DNA of 63,186 bases, filler included, from Folioceros fuciformis (lineage: Eukaryota), in NCBI GenBank assembly GCA_049999805.1. It is 13 parts of 13 records of this genome, joined end to end, with 100 filler letters (N's around TTAATTAATTAA, not from the genome) between each part and the next. Parts side by side here need not be neighbours in the genome. Positions count along the whole stretch, not along the records: positions 1 to 3,658 come from JBNGIO010000872.1; positions 3,759 to 8,808 come from JBNGIO010000873.1; positions 8,909 to 12,113 come from JBNGIO010000874.1; 10 more parts are not named here. One strand, given 5' to 3'. Below the pieces are notes generated by a model that worked only from the letters and a program-made list of their open reading frames with translations, did no database searches and was not told the origin of the DNA. The position numbers and the translations under genes were made by a program. Shown here piece after piece: positions 1 to 12,213 of this stretch (positions are counted from its first letter, which is position 1; each line of letters begins with the position of its first letter).

Positions 1-3000
1 CCTTAAGGCAAGAAGTGAGTGCGTCGGTTCACGATGTCGTGAACGACAGTTAGTTAGGTCACGACTCTATGAAATGCCGGAGCGTTTCATATCTCGGCGT
101 TTCATACCTAATGAATAAATAAATAAATCTGGCTACTTAAAATGCTACTTACTACGTATTTGCATTTTCCATACTCCCACTTAGACAGATTTTCATTTTA
201 GTCTTCATTACTTCCGACTCTCCGCTAGGTTTGCTCCTTGTGCGTTGAGTTTGCGAAGCTGCACAGCGCTGAGGCTGAGCTAGAGACAACGCATGTTCGA
301 TGGAAGCGGCTGCAGGGTTTTTCCTTGCCTGGTACTAGATGCGCCATTCAGAATGCTTCCAAATTGCATGGACAGATTCGTGTATTGAGTTCACAGAAGA
401 AGGGCGGCTCATCATTTGCTATGGTGAGGCCACAGGCTCCGTGAGATGATGCCTCACTACTGTCTTTCCATTCTCTCTATTGACCCGCTCCTGCCTTGCG
501 CAGATCCTTGGTATAGGTGCTCCAATGTGATGCTTACTTGCCGCTTCAAGAGCAGCTAATCCTGGAAGTCTGAAGGCCTGCATGAAGCTTGTGCAAGTGC
601 TGACCTTTGTGGGAGTGTTTTTTGACACTTCTGTCTCTCTACCAGACCCACAGCCTTTCATGTTTGTCCTTAGCTAGGGCTTTGGTTAGCAGGTCCGACA
701 CATTGTCATTAGTTGGCACATATTGCAAGGTTGCCTGCCCGTTGCTGATCACTTGCCTAATAAAATGGTGCTTCACCTTGATATGCTTAGTTCTTGCATG
801 CATGACATAATTTTGAGCTAGTGCTATTGCTGACAAGTTGTCACACAAGAGCAGTGTAGGTGCATTTTGGGTTTCACCTAGTGAGGAGAGCAGCTCCCTT
901 GTATAAACTATGTCTTGAGCAGCAGTAGCTGTAGCAGCGTACTCTGCTTCTGTAGAAGATAGGGCCATGACCTGTTGTTTCTTGCTGTACTAGGAGATGA
1001 CTGTAGCATCATACTCGTGTGCTCCTAGTAGCAGGCAATTAGCTAATATTGAGCTGCGAGTGTCGGCATCAGCTGCCCAGTCCGCATCACAGATTCAGGT
1101 CATCAGCAGACTCTTGGGCCTCTGCTTGTTTAGCAAGCCAAGTCTTGGAGTGCCTTTCAGGTATCTCATCACTCTTTGTACTATAGTCCAGTGTGCTGTT
1201 CCATAGCAGGTTAGGAATTGGGAGGTTACTAAAACTGCGTGTGACAAGTCTGGACGTGTCCAGTTTTTGCAGTAGATCAATGAGCATACTGCTGACCGAT
1301 AGGGGACCCTCTCCATCTGCTGCCTTTCTGCTTCTATTTTAGGCGATTGTTCCGTACTATGTTTTTTGCCAAAAGCCATAGGTGTTGCAGCAGGTTTGCT
1401 ATCTACCATTCTGTACCTAGCCAGTACTTGACTTATGTACTATGCCTAATGTATGAACACCATGTATGTTGCCATGTTCTGCAAGATCTCTGTGCCAAGG
1501 AACCACGTGAGCTTACCCAAGTCAGTCATAGAAAACTCAGAGGTAAGTATGGTTTGACCTTAGCCATGATTTTTAGGTTGTTGGCAATAAGGACTGCGTT
1601 GTCCATGTACAAGGCTAGGAAGACCACTCCATTCTTCTCCTCTAGCTTGTATTCGTCGGAGTCAGACTCTGACTGCAGGAAGTCCGACTGCTTGAGGTAT
1701 GTGTCAATACGTTTGTACCAAGCTCGAGGGGACTGCTTCAGTCCATAGATGATCTTGATTAGTCTGTACACCTTTCCTGGATGTTTGGGATCCACAATCC
1801 CCTCCGGCTGACTCATGAATATTGTTTCCTCCAGAGTCCCATTCAGGAAGGCTGTTTTGACGTCCATGTGTTCCATGGCATAGTCCCTTTGTGCTGCTAT
1901 TGCGAATAGTGTATGGACAGAGGTGGCCCTGACTACAGGAGAAAAGGTTTCTGTATAGTCCAGGCCTTCAACCTAGCTATACCCTCTTGCTACGAGATGA
2001 GCCTTAAAACGCGCTATGCTCCCATCAGCTGCAAGCTTTTTCTTGAATACCCACTTGCAGGTTATTGGCTTTCTGCCATGAGGTAGGTCCACCAGTTCCC
2101 GTGTTCCGTTGTCTAGCAGTGACTAGTACTTTGAATCAATTGCTGCTGACCACTTTGATGCATCTGGCCCGTTGATAGCCTCTTTGTAGGATAGGGGCTC
2201 ATCCAAGCTGTCAAGTGCAATGTCATCCTGCACAAGGAATGAGCTATAGGTGAGGGGTGGTGTTACCCACTCGTCAGGCGAAGCTGTGTGTCTCCTACTG
2301 CTTTGTCTTGGTAGTTCAGCTTTTGGAGCTGATTCCTCCTTCGTCTCTGAGGCTTGTCCTTGTTCAGGTTCCGTGACAGCTGCTTCCTCTTGGCTGCCAG
2401 TGTGGCTGCCTTCTGAATCTGTTTCATTCTCGTTGTTGTCAGTAGTTCCAGCTTGGGTGTCACCAGTGGTTTCCGCATCTTCGTCATCTGGGAACACGCT
2501 TGCGGTCTGGTCGACAATAGCTGCAGGCACGTGAGCAAAGTGGGTTGTGGTGCTCGTATGCTGGTATGTCTCCTCACTGCTTTCCCCTTCAATGATCCCA
2601 CTTGTGGATGCTTCCTATTCAGGTACCAGCTCCAGGAGCTCAGGAGGAGGTGTGAGGAGTGACAGCTCGTCGAACACCACACTCCGGCAATGGGTGGTGC
2701 TTCTAGTGTTAGGATCCAGCAATTTATACCCCTTAATACCTTCTGTGTAACCCACAAATATGTACTTGCGTGCCTTATAGTCGAGCTTGACCCTTTGGTC
2801 CTCGGACAAGTGTGCGTATGCTCTAGGAGCATCGAAAATCCTCAGGTGATTTATTCGGGGCTTGTGGGTTGTCCAGCGCTCGTAAGGAGTTGCTCCTGTG
2901 AACACGCTGGTAGGTACCCTGTTCTTGATGTATACAGCCATACTAACTGCTTCTGCCCAGTAACCACGTGAAAGACATGCTTGCTGCAGCATTGCTTTTG

Positions 3001-3658
3001 CAGCTTCTTGTGTGTGCCGGTTACTGATCTCTGCTATGGGGTTCTGTGCAGATGTGTACGGGGTGGTTAGCTGTCTGGCTATGCCCTGTCCCTTGCAGAA
3101 GCTGGCAAAGGCATCCAAGGTATATTCGCCCCCGTTATCGCTCCTCAAGGTTTTCAACAGTTCACTTGTTTGCCTTTGTGCAAACGTCACAAATTCCATG
3201 AAGCAATCCAGGGTTTGGCTCTTCTTTTTCCTTGAGAGGGTACACCATAGTGTATCGGCTCCAATCGTCTATAAATGACAGAAAGTATCTAGCTCCGCCA
3301 AGGGAGGTTGTGGACATGGGTCCACATAGGTCTGTATGTACCAGCTCCAGGAGCTTTGTAGCCCGATTAGGGTTGCTGTCTTTGTAGGGAGCACGGTGGT
3401 GTTTGCCAAACACACATGCCTTGCAGGAGGGCTTCTCAACATGCTTCATCAGGAACTTCTCACGGTAAAGTGTGCTACTTTTAACCATTGTGTTTAGCTT
3501 GTCAAAGTTTGTGTGACCTAGCTAGCAATGCCACAGCTTGGCGTCACGCTCTTCTTGTTGTGCTCGTGTCAAGTTTGCCACTGGTCTGCCAAGCTCATAC
3601 TGGATGTCCAATTTGTACAGGTTATGCACAGGAGTCCCTATTGCAACTATTTCACCTT
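1..3658 (-). mobile_element. Ty1/Copia LTR retrotransposon, 3' part (GAG-pre-integrase, integrase, RT, RNase H, PPT, 3' LTR); degenerate
   Basis: Minus-strand ORFs: LELVHTDLCGPM and LRSDNGGEY (integrase, 2615-3488), MDVKTAFLNG and YGLKQSPRAW (RT, 1526-1876), ALSSTEAEY...HARTKHI (RNase H, 639-968). INT-RT-RH order is Copia. Frameshifts and stops present. PPT CTAAGTGGGAG on minus at about 174-184, LTR below about 173. Confidence 0.95.
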
Positions 3659-3758
3659 NNNNNNNNNNNNNNNNNNNNNNNNNNNNNNNNNNNNNNNNNN
3701 NNTTAATTAATTAANNNNNNNNNNNNNNNNNNNNNNNNNNNNNNNNNNNNNNNNNNNN
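3659..3758. other. Artificial contig spacer N44-TTAATTAATTAA-N44
   Basis: Identical 100-bp spacer with stops in all six frames; also at 8809-8908, 12114-12213, 16132-16231, 20542-20641, 30856-30955, 36405-36504, 43251-43350, 47947-48046, 51101-51200, 54123-54222, 59702-59801. Confidence 0.99.
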
Positions 3759-6700
3759 GATCCAGGTTAGTAATAGAGTGTGCTTGAGCATAAGACGAAA
3801 CCGGTCTAAAGTCAAGAGCCTGATAGTAATCCGGTGCTCGACGTTCTCTAGCAGGATAGTGGCTTACTAGCTGTGGAGTAAGGACAGGACCACCATTAAC
3901 AGGTAAATCCTGTGGCTCAATAGGAGGAGGTTGCTGCTGCAGATCATCAAAAATTATGATTGTCTTCTGCATCCACTATTAACTCTTCTTGTTGATGTAC
4001 TTTCTTATCATCCCCCCTTGCAGGAGCAATATCCTCATGTGTAGAATCATCAAACAAAGTTACATCAAGGAAAGGTAAAAGTGTGTCATCCGCCTCCAGA
4101 GTGGGAGAAACTCCCATTGAAGGTAAAAATCGTCCTTCATCAAATGTAACACTTCGTGAGCAAAGCACTTTGTCACAAGAGATGTCATAGAGTTTATAAG
4201 CTTTTATCCCCTCTATGTAGTCAATCATAAGAAGTCTTCTAGCCTTTGCAGATAGCTTCTTTCTCTTCTCCTTAGGAATGAAGGCATAAGCAACACACCC
4301 AAAGGTACGAAGATGTTGAATGGAGGGCTTTCTGCAAAGAAAAGCTTCATAAGGTGTCTGTCCTTCAATAGTAGTGGTTGGCAATCTGTTTAACAGGTAA
4401 AAAGATGTCATAAGGGCTTCAACTCAATATGGCAGGGGTAAAGCTGCATCATGCAGCAGGCAAGAAACCATCTCCTGAAGAGTGAGATTTAGGCGTTCTG
4501 CAATGCCATTCTGCTGTGGCATGTAAACAACGGTAAGTTGTCTGCCAATCCCTTTGTCTACACAAAATGTTTGAAAATCATGTGAAGTGTATTCGCCCCC
4601 ATTGTCGGAGCAAAGTGTTTTTAATTGTTTTCCAGTCCATCTCTCTACATACTTTATATAGTCCTTGAATAGAGAGAAACATTCACTTTTGGCCTTGAGA
4701 ATATAAGCCATAACAAAACGTGTTTTGTCATTTGTGAATGTGAGGAAGTAACGACCACCACCAATAGAGGGCTGAAAGATGGGTCCACAGATATCAATAT
4801 GGACCAACTCAAGAACTTCAGAAGCTCGATATGGAGTCTTATTCTTGAAAGCAGCCTGATGACGCTTAGAAAGTACACACGCTCACAAAGAGGTAAGGGA
4901 GGCAAGGGACCAATTTGGTCATCATGATACAAGTCACTTGTAGCCAACTGCTGTAACTTGGAACTGTGTGGATGACCTAAACGAGCATGCCATAACTTCA
5001 CCTTGTCGATTTGTTTTGGAGAGGCATTTATAGCATGTGAAGCTAAGTGAGTTTGTGCAGCACCACTATTGGTGTGAAGACGAAAGAGATCACTATCAGA
5101 TGATCCATATACCAACGCCTTATGAGGATCAATGGCATCTATAATTTGACATTCTGTAAGTGTAAACAAGATGTGTGTATTATTATCCATGTCCAGCTTT
5201 CTAACGGACATAAGGTCCCTTGTCATCTCAGGTACATAATATACATATGTGAGTAACAGAGTAATGCCAGAGGGAACACTAAGGTTTACAGTTCCTCTAC
5301 CAGAAGACACAAGGAATCTATTATCACCCAGGTAAACAAACTGATTTGTTATTGGCTGATAGGTTGCAAAGGCCAATGATTGCTGTCAAAACATATGTGC
5401 TTTGTTGCACCAATGTCAAGGTACCATTCATGGAATAATCTAACCTTGGTTCTTGTGGACAGATAGGTGGGATAGATAAGAGGGCAAGCAAACTCCCTAG
5501 TCCCTACAGTCAATATTGATGGGGAGGGCTGCTTCTTTACCACAACATGTGTCTCAGAAGTGAAATTGCCCTCCTTGCAAGGTATTCCGACTTGCTTCTT
5601 GCGACATTCATGCTCCCAATGGCCTAGAATTTGGCACCAATGGCACTTTCCAGCCTTCTTGGGTTTCTCCTGTGTGGCACCCTTCTGAGGAGTTCAAGCA
5701 CTTGAAGAATATTGTCGACCTCAGAAATTAGGTTTGCCCCCCTTTCCTCGGTTTGTGGTATAGAGGGCATGCTGTTTGCTCCTTCCAGATCCTCTTGTTG
5801 CCTCTTCCTCAAAACGAGCTCCCACTAACTTTGTGAATGCCATCTTAGGGAGAGTAACATTTGAAGCCTTTGCTAACTTCATAGCTGTGAACTTTGAAGC
5901 ATTCAATGAGGTCACAAAGTGTGACCATGATGGAGGTAAGAAAAGCATCAAATATAGGGTTAACATGTCATCTTTGACGCTCTCATTTGAAGCACTCTCA
6001 AGCTTTGAAACGAGGTTCTTGAAGATCCCAACGTGCTTCTCCACAAAGTCACCATCCCTCATTTTACAGTTCTGTAAATTTCGCAAAGTTATCATTTGAC
6101 TAGTTATATTGTTACCTGAATACAAGTTTTGCAAACAAGTCCAGACTTCTGCAGCAGTTACACATCCAGAGGTCTGCCGCATCATATCAGAAGTGGTCTT
6201 ACTTCTTATTATGTACATGGCATGCTCATTCTTAATTGCCCAAGCTTCTTGAGATGCCATGTCCGTTCCCTCATCCTTTTCCTTGTCAATGGTTATCTTC
6301 CACAATCTTTTACTATGAAGAATGCCCCACATCCTCATAATTCAAATGTCATAGTCCTATCCACCAAACCTATCCTTTTCCCTAAAACCATCACCTCCCA
6401 TGTAATTCATACTGGATGAAGACTCACCCATATTAGAGTATGAAAAGGGAACTCACACTTGGAGGTTCGAGGATGGATACCAACATAGATATGTGTCTGT
6501 GAGCTATCCTATTGCAGGTTAGTCACGGTAACGTAATTTTAGGGAGAATAAGATGGTGACAGGAATATAGTAAGATGGGCTACAATTAGAGTTCGCTGAC
6601 AAAGGTAGTAGGGCAGTAGTGTTCAAGAAACATTATAGCTTGCTGGAATCTTCTCTTATTCCTAGTTGCCCACCTATTCTTCGAATGAATAGGGACTGGA

Positions 6701-7888
6701 GAGAATGATTTGAAACTATTAATTCTGCAGGGGATGTCAAATTTGCTAGAAGGCTAGGATACAGCATTGTGAAGTGCTAGTTGATGAACTAATTTAGGCT
6801 TCAACAAAGCTAGCAATGTAGAATCAATATGAGAAGTATGTTGTTTCAAATCCAGAATATGAGATCCAATAGCGGCAATTCTCCATTCAATATTATTACA
6901 TCTTCTATTCACACTTTTATGATGTGCTTCAATTCTTTTAGCCAAGCTACTTACAGGATTGTATTGTACAGCATGTGTAGTAGAAAGACCTCTGAGATTT
7001 GTTCTCATATCGAAGGCACATTGAGCATGAATTTCAGGCAAAGAAGTAAGAGCCAAATGTCGCTCATTAGGGTAAAGAATAGCAATCAATGTATTGAAGG
7101 ACTTCCTTAACTCAATAGCTAGGATTGATAGGCCTTGATTGAGAGCTATCCAGTCATTGATCTTCTAATGAAGGTCTTGAGGAATAGTTGACCAGGTTTG
7201 CTTGCCTTTGGACATGCATATCCTACGACAATTCAGCCATCGCTGAAATCGCGCTTCAAGTTGCAATGGCCACTGATCTAGCTTGATCTGATTGCTGGCC
7301 ATTCATTTGGCCATTTAATATTTTGACAGAATGCATTAAAATTATTAATGCATTCTATTGCTCTAAATATTTTTGTAAACTGCCTGCAAATCAGGCAGTT
7401 GTCTTAGTATATTTCCATCTATTGCTCAAGAAGCAATCTAGCAAAAGTACACTGGGACTGCTACCTTGATTTGCTAGGTTTCGTCTCCTTTTTTATTTTT
7501 TATATAATGTTTAGAGCAAGAAATGTTTTTTGACTTTCATTTTTATTTTCTTGATCTAGAATATCAAAAAAACCTAGAACTCTATAAATTAAGGCATATA
7601 TTTATGCATTTTTTAGGATGCATTCTATACACCCTGCTCTCTGATACCATAACAAATAAACTTGTCTCTTATACCAAAAATACATTGTTTTATTACATTG
7701 TGTATCAAGGAGGACATAAAACTTATGCTGAAAAGACACTATCATTCTAAACTTAAACGACATAACGGTTCACCACAAGTCGCAACCTTAACGAACTAGT
7801 ACTTATAATTATTTATTCTATGTACCCCTATATGTCACTATACATGCACCTTTAATAACAAGATATTATCAACACTATCCTATTAACA
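3759..7888 (-). mobile_element. Ty1/Copia element, 5' part (LTR, PBS, long leader, gag, protease, integrase); degenerate
   Basis: gag 5721-6338 (LQNCKMRDGDFVEKH), protease WYLDIGATKHIC (5349-5543), LWHARLGHP, integrase VHIDICGP...SDNGGEY...QQNGIAER (3947-4807). Candidate LTR about 7650-7888 starting TGTTAATA on minus. Confidence 0.93.
7636..7649 (-). promoter_or_regulatory. Primer-binding site complementary to tRNA-iMet 3' end
   Basis: TGGTATCAGAG on minus strand directly after the candidate 5' LTR. Confidence 0.85.
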
Positions 7889-8808
7889 GATTCCATGGGT
7901 TCGGTTGAGGGTGTGCCCAGTTGTCTGTCACATATTTTCCGGGCAGAGTCTTGTAGTGCTAAATCTCCTACCACCCTGGTGGTGCGCCCACTGACCTTCC
8001 TTCTTTTCGCGGGGGTCTTCCGCCCGGCCCTTGCCTTTCTCTTCCTTCTGACAATCGCCTCCTCTTTCGAACTCCTTGTTGCTCCCGACTCCCAGCTGTT
8101 GGACTCGGCCTCCTTCTTGGGTTCCTCCGGCTTCCACTTGACTTCCCGAACAGGATTCCACATGCGCAGAGAAGCAACCACCTCTATCTCTGGCAAACTG
8201 TTAGTATAGCAATACAAATGGACCAGGAAGGGTGAGTTCAGAGACGAGTGGGGCGTTGGTGAAGCCAGATTCTGTCTCTCCTGGTTCAGTTAATCGAAGA
8301 TAATTTTCCCCCAATCGATCCTGCTCCCCTTCACCACTTCGTGCACGAACAGCAGCATGTAGTCTGACACGTTGTCTTGCTTCCAATTCTGCAAAAAACA
8401 CAAAAGCCACTTGGCTAGACCCATGAGCTTGGCAGTCGTTATCTCCCTTGCCAGCAAACCATTAGCCTCCCTTCCGATTCCTGCTTTGAACAGCAAGGTT
8501 GCCGCCGCGGTGGTGTTGCACTTCCTCAAGGACTCGATTACGAGTCCTCCGGCTTCCTCGTGGCTCTGCCCATACACTGTCCTAACCAGCTCGACGTCTC
8601 AGTCCTGGGGTCTTCCCCTGGTCCCTTCCCCTTTTATCCTGTTTCGCAGCCGGTGCGCGCACTTCTGCACTAGAGTGGGAGTCACATGGTTCCACCTCTT
8701 GGCCATAAACCCGAGGCCTAGCTTCTCTACTAGTCCTTCGGCTCTGGCCTTCCAATGGTCCATGTTGGGCTAGAGGGCTACCTCTACCTGAGGTACCGGC
8801 TTCAGCGC
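7889..8808 (-). mobile_element. Degenerate accessory-ORF fragment, probably of a Gypsy (Athila/Tat-like) element, into which the Copia LTR abuts
   Basis: GC-rich broken ORFs 8290-8577 (SDYMLLFVHEVVKGSRIDWGKIIFD) and 7852-8217 (basic, low-complexity); resemblance to plant retroelement accessory ORFs judged by eye only. Confidence 0.4.
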
Positions 8809-8908
8809 NNNNNNNNNNNNNNNNNNNNNNNNNNNNNNNNNNNNNNNNNNNNTTAATTAATTAANNNNNNNNNNNNNNNNNNNNNNNNNNNNNNNNNNNN
8901 NNNNNNNN

Positions 8909-10013
8909 TCCAGCCTGACACCGCCGATCTTCCATGGTCTTTATGCTGACCTTCCTTTGTTGTATCTTTTTTGAGCAACCTCTACTTCCAATGCATCTCC
9001 CCTATCCACTTCACAAACAAATGCATCCAGCTGAAACTCCTTGTAAGCTTTCTCCTTCTCACCCAAATCCTTCCTTTTTTCCATTGTCCTAACTTCCTTG
9101 ATTTTAACTCCGCCATTCTGACCACCAGCTGCCTTCAACCTATCATTCTCAGCCTTCAAGTCTGCTATCTGCAACTTTAACGATTTGTAAGATCTACTCA
9201 TCCGGCCCAAATTATTTGTACTGGCTCCTCCAAATCTATTTCCTTCAGCTCTCTGCACTTGTCTCACATTCTTAACATTATGCCCCTTAAAACCAAACTT
9301 TGTGGGCTTGAGAGATGAATACTTCTGCTAACAAACTTTCTCCAAATGTCCTTTCTTTCCTCAATGATTACAACCTACATCCCTCTTAATTGAACACTCC
9401 ATCATCACATGAGAACCACTCCCACAACGCAAGCACTTTATCCCTTTTTCTATCTCTACATTCATAATAGGTTTCATGTACCTATTGTCCATTCTTGACA
9501 TGTTCGGATGCTGTTGCCAAGTTGATCTCCATTTAGGCAGAAAATTATGTCGGGGAACTGTCGCTGAAAATACACCTCCCTTTCTATCTGTCCCAACCTT
9601 TCTTCCCATGGCCTTTAGCAATGCTCTTGCCTGATCATGCTTTTTTGCAATTGGGAATACTTGGTCCAGTGTGTATGTTTTACTATACAATGCTGTCAAT
9701 TCTCTAAACACATCTTCCTTAATATCTTCATCCAAATTGAAAATATACTTAAAGCAAACTTCCATCTCATTGTGCATCCCTGTATCTGTCACCAACTGAC
9801 TAGTGCGATTGTAAAACATAAGTGCTGTCTCATCCGGCTTCCTCCTCAAATTTGCCAACTCTTCTATCTTCATGGCATTAACAAATGGAAGCCTCATCTC
9901 CAATCAAATGAAGAATTCCTTCATTTGATTGGAGATTTGAACCGGCTCAGCATGTTTACTGGTCCCTATCAAATCCATGAAACTCTTCAGGTAAAACTTG
10001 TAAGCATCTCCAC
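8909..10013 (-). mobile_element. Retroelement (Gypsy-like) gag fragment with two CCHC zinc knuckles
   Basis: ORF 9361-9903 contains CLRCGSGSHVMMEC, then CNH*GKKGHLEKVC; the frame continues to 10013 where an LTR interrupts it. Confidence 0.75.
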
Positions 10014-11213
10014 TGTGGAGTGATTTCTTGCACCCAAGAACCACCAAAGGGCCACACCTCCCCTTATTGTCGTTGCAGTCCTATGATTCGCTTCCAAGGG
10101 AGTGAACTAGTGTCAAGGAACACCTACAGCTATCTACTCAGACTTCTACCTATTAGCCGGTCTATAGGCCTGACCACACACACACAACAAAGAGGCCAGA
10201 AGCCTAGCCTATCTTCAAATCAGCTCACACAACTCACACTCCAGATCTTCAGTTCTTCCTTCTTCACTTCAGCCCTTCACCCTTCACTTCAGCACACACT
10301 CTTGCACCTCAGCAACTCACTCTTCACTTCTATGCACTTCACTCCAACTCTTCCTCTCTTTGCTTCAGCTATCCCCTGGAAATTGGGACACAACGGCTTC
10401 ATTGCTTGCAGCCTTCAGGCGTGGTGTGGATACTAGGACTGGATAGCCCTCTTGGCTCACGGTCCTGTCACTTCACTTCAGCCAGCCTGCGAATCATTCA
10501 GCCCTTGCGGATCCGGCCACACAGATCTTGGCAGTCTTGGGATCCTTCACGTTCCCCTAGTGGCAAGGGAAATCAGGGCCTTGGTTTAGTCTCAACCGGC
10601 TCAACGCCCTAAGCCAGGAGTTCTGCACACAAGGTCCAGGGAAATCGCACCATAGATAGCCCCTTCTCAATGGTAGGTCTCCCCTCTTATACTGCCTACT
10701 CTCTATCTCTGTTTACTAGGGTTAACCTAAATCAATTACCCCACCTCCTCTCTCTGACCTAACCAAGTTATGACCTAAACCTAACCTAGGTATGACCGAA
10801 CCTAACCTAATCGAGGTTTGACCTAACCTGGATCTGACCTAAACCTAACCCAAATCTAACCTAGACCTAACCTAAGTCTAACACAGACCTAACCTAGGTC
10901 TGACCTAAACCTAACCTAGACCTAGCCTAACATGACCTAGGTCTGACCTAAACCTAACCTAGGTCTAACCTAGACCTAACCTAACCTAGAATCCTAACTC
11001 TAACCTACCCCTGCTTCTAATTGCCCATTGCCCCTTGACATCGTTAGCTGCCCACAATGATCAGCCCCTCACATCTAGCAAAAATCAGGGGTGCCTCTCA
11101 ACATCCCTCTCCCCTCCCGGGTCAGATCATCTCCCCTCTTCTGATTATCCTACCTTCTTCCCCAGAGTCTCCCATCTTTAAGTCCGTGCCAAGCATCAAG
11201 GGTCTTCCCCACA
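10014..11213 (-). mobile_element. About 1.2-kb LTR (family shared with about 37150-38366) carrying an internal degenerate TTAGG array
   Basis: Termini TGTGG...CCACA; reverse complement aligns along its length with about 37150-38366; array of about 22-bp GACCTAAACCTAACCTAGGTCT units at about 10757-11000. No target-site duplication found; orientation not proven. Confidence 0.8.
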
Positions 11214-11688
11214 ATCCCGGTTTCGGGCTCGCCTCCTTGTTGCCGGTCGTCGGCCGGGCCATCTGCCAAGACCTGGCTAGGCGACCATCCCCCCCCCCTG
11301 GGTCCGGTCTACCCGGCTCGCCTGCCTTCGTCCTAATCTGCTCCTATGGTTCGGCCTGGCTGTTTCTGGGCTGAGCGATCGACTACCTAAGGCAACCAAC
11401 CAGGCCACTATGCTCAGCCGAGACCAGCCACGTCACCTAGCATCTCGCCGTGAACCTACCATGGCCGGTTCCTACCAGCCTGACGGCATGCCTGCTCCCC
11501 TAGCTGCCGGGCCGCCCCGGCCAGCAGATCCGCACCTCGATCGGCCCCTGACCGCCTGGCTGCTGCTCAGTAGCTAGTCGCTGCTGAGCCGGCCCCCCTG
11601 CTACTCGCCTTGCCGATCCAACTAGGTGCCCGCTAGCTAGCCGGTTCTAATCCGGCCTACCCTGTTCACCTGCAGCAGATTGGCTTGC

Positions 11689-12113
11689 TGTGAACCTCCA
11701 AAGTTTGGGGTAGTGGTTTGTTTTGGTTGAAAAAGGGTTAATAGTGGTATGGTTTGGTTTTCTTTTTCTACTTTTTTTTCCTAAATTTCCTTTATTTTCT
11801 GGTCATTTTTCCTATTTTTCTTTGTGCTAATTAAGTTAATTGACCAGGAAATAGTTGGTTTGGTTATAAGAGTGGGTATAGGTTTGGTCCCAGAGCTGGG
11901 AAGGTCTAGGTTCGGTACCAGGCCATAGGGTTGGGTGATTAGTTTAATATTAATTAAAGATATATAATATTAAATTATTAAATAATATTATAATAATATT
12001 ATAATGATATAATAATGGTTTGAACATAGGAAGGGGTATCTGGGTGTGTCAGGGTCTGACGATAGACTGGCTGATTGCTTGGCTGGCACGAATGGTTGTG
12101 GAGGCCATGCCCT
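11689..12113 (+). repeat. Start of a young high-copy repeat, probably an LTR (copy 1)
   Basis: Begins TGTGAACCTCCAAAGTTTGGGG; near-identical to 42810-43250; both copies run into contig ends. Confidence 0.85.
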
Positions 12114-12213
12114 NNNNNNNNNNNNNNNNNNNNNNNNNNNNNNNNNNNNNNNNNNNNTTAATTAATTAANNNNNNNNNNNNNNNNNNNNNNNNNNNNNNN
12201 NNNNNNNNNNNNN

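Noticed and set aside
3659-3758. Recurring TTAATTAATTAA as a biological repeat, and ORFs running into X residues
   Set aside because: Synthetic six-frame-stop spacer between N runs; such ORFs are truncated or artefactual.
10014-11213. Clean solo LTR with target-site duplication
   Set aside because: Flanks TCCAC and ATCCC do not match and belong to different sequences; no clear PBS or PPT next to it.
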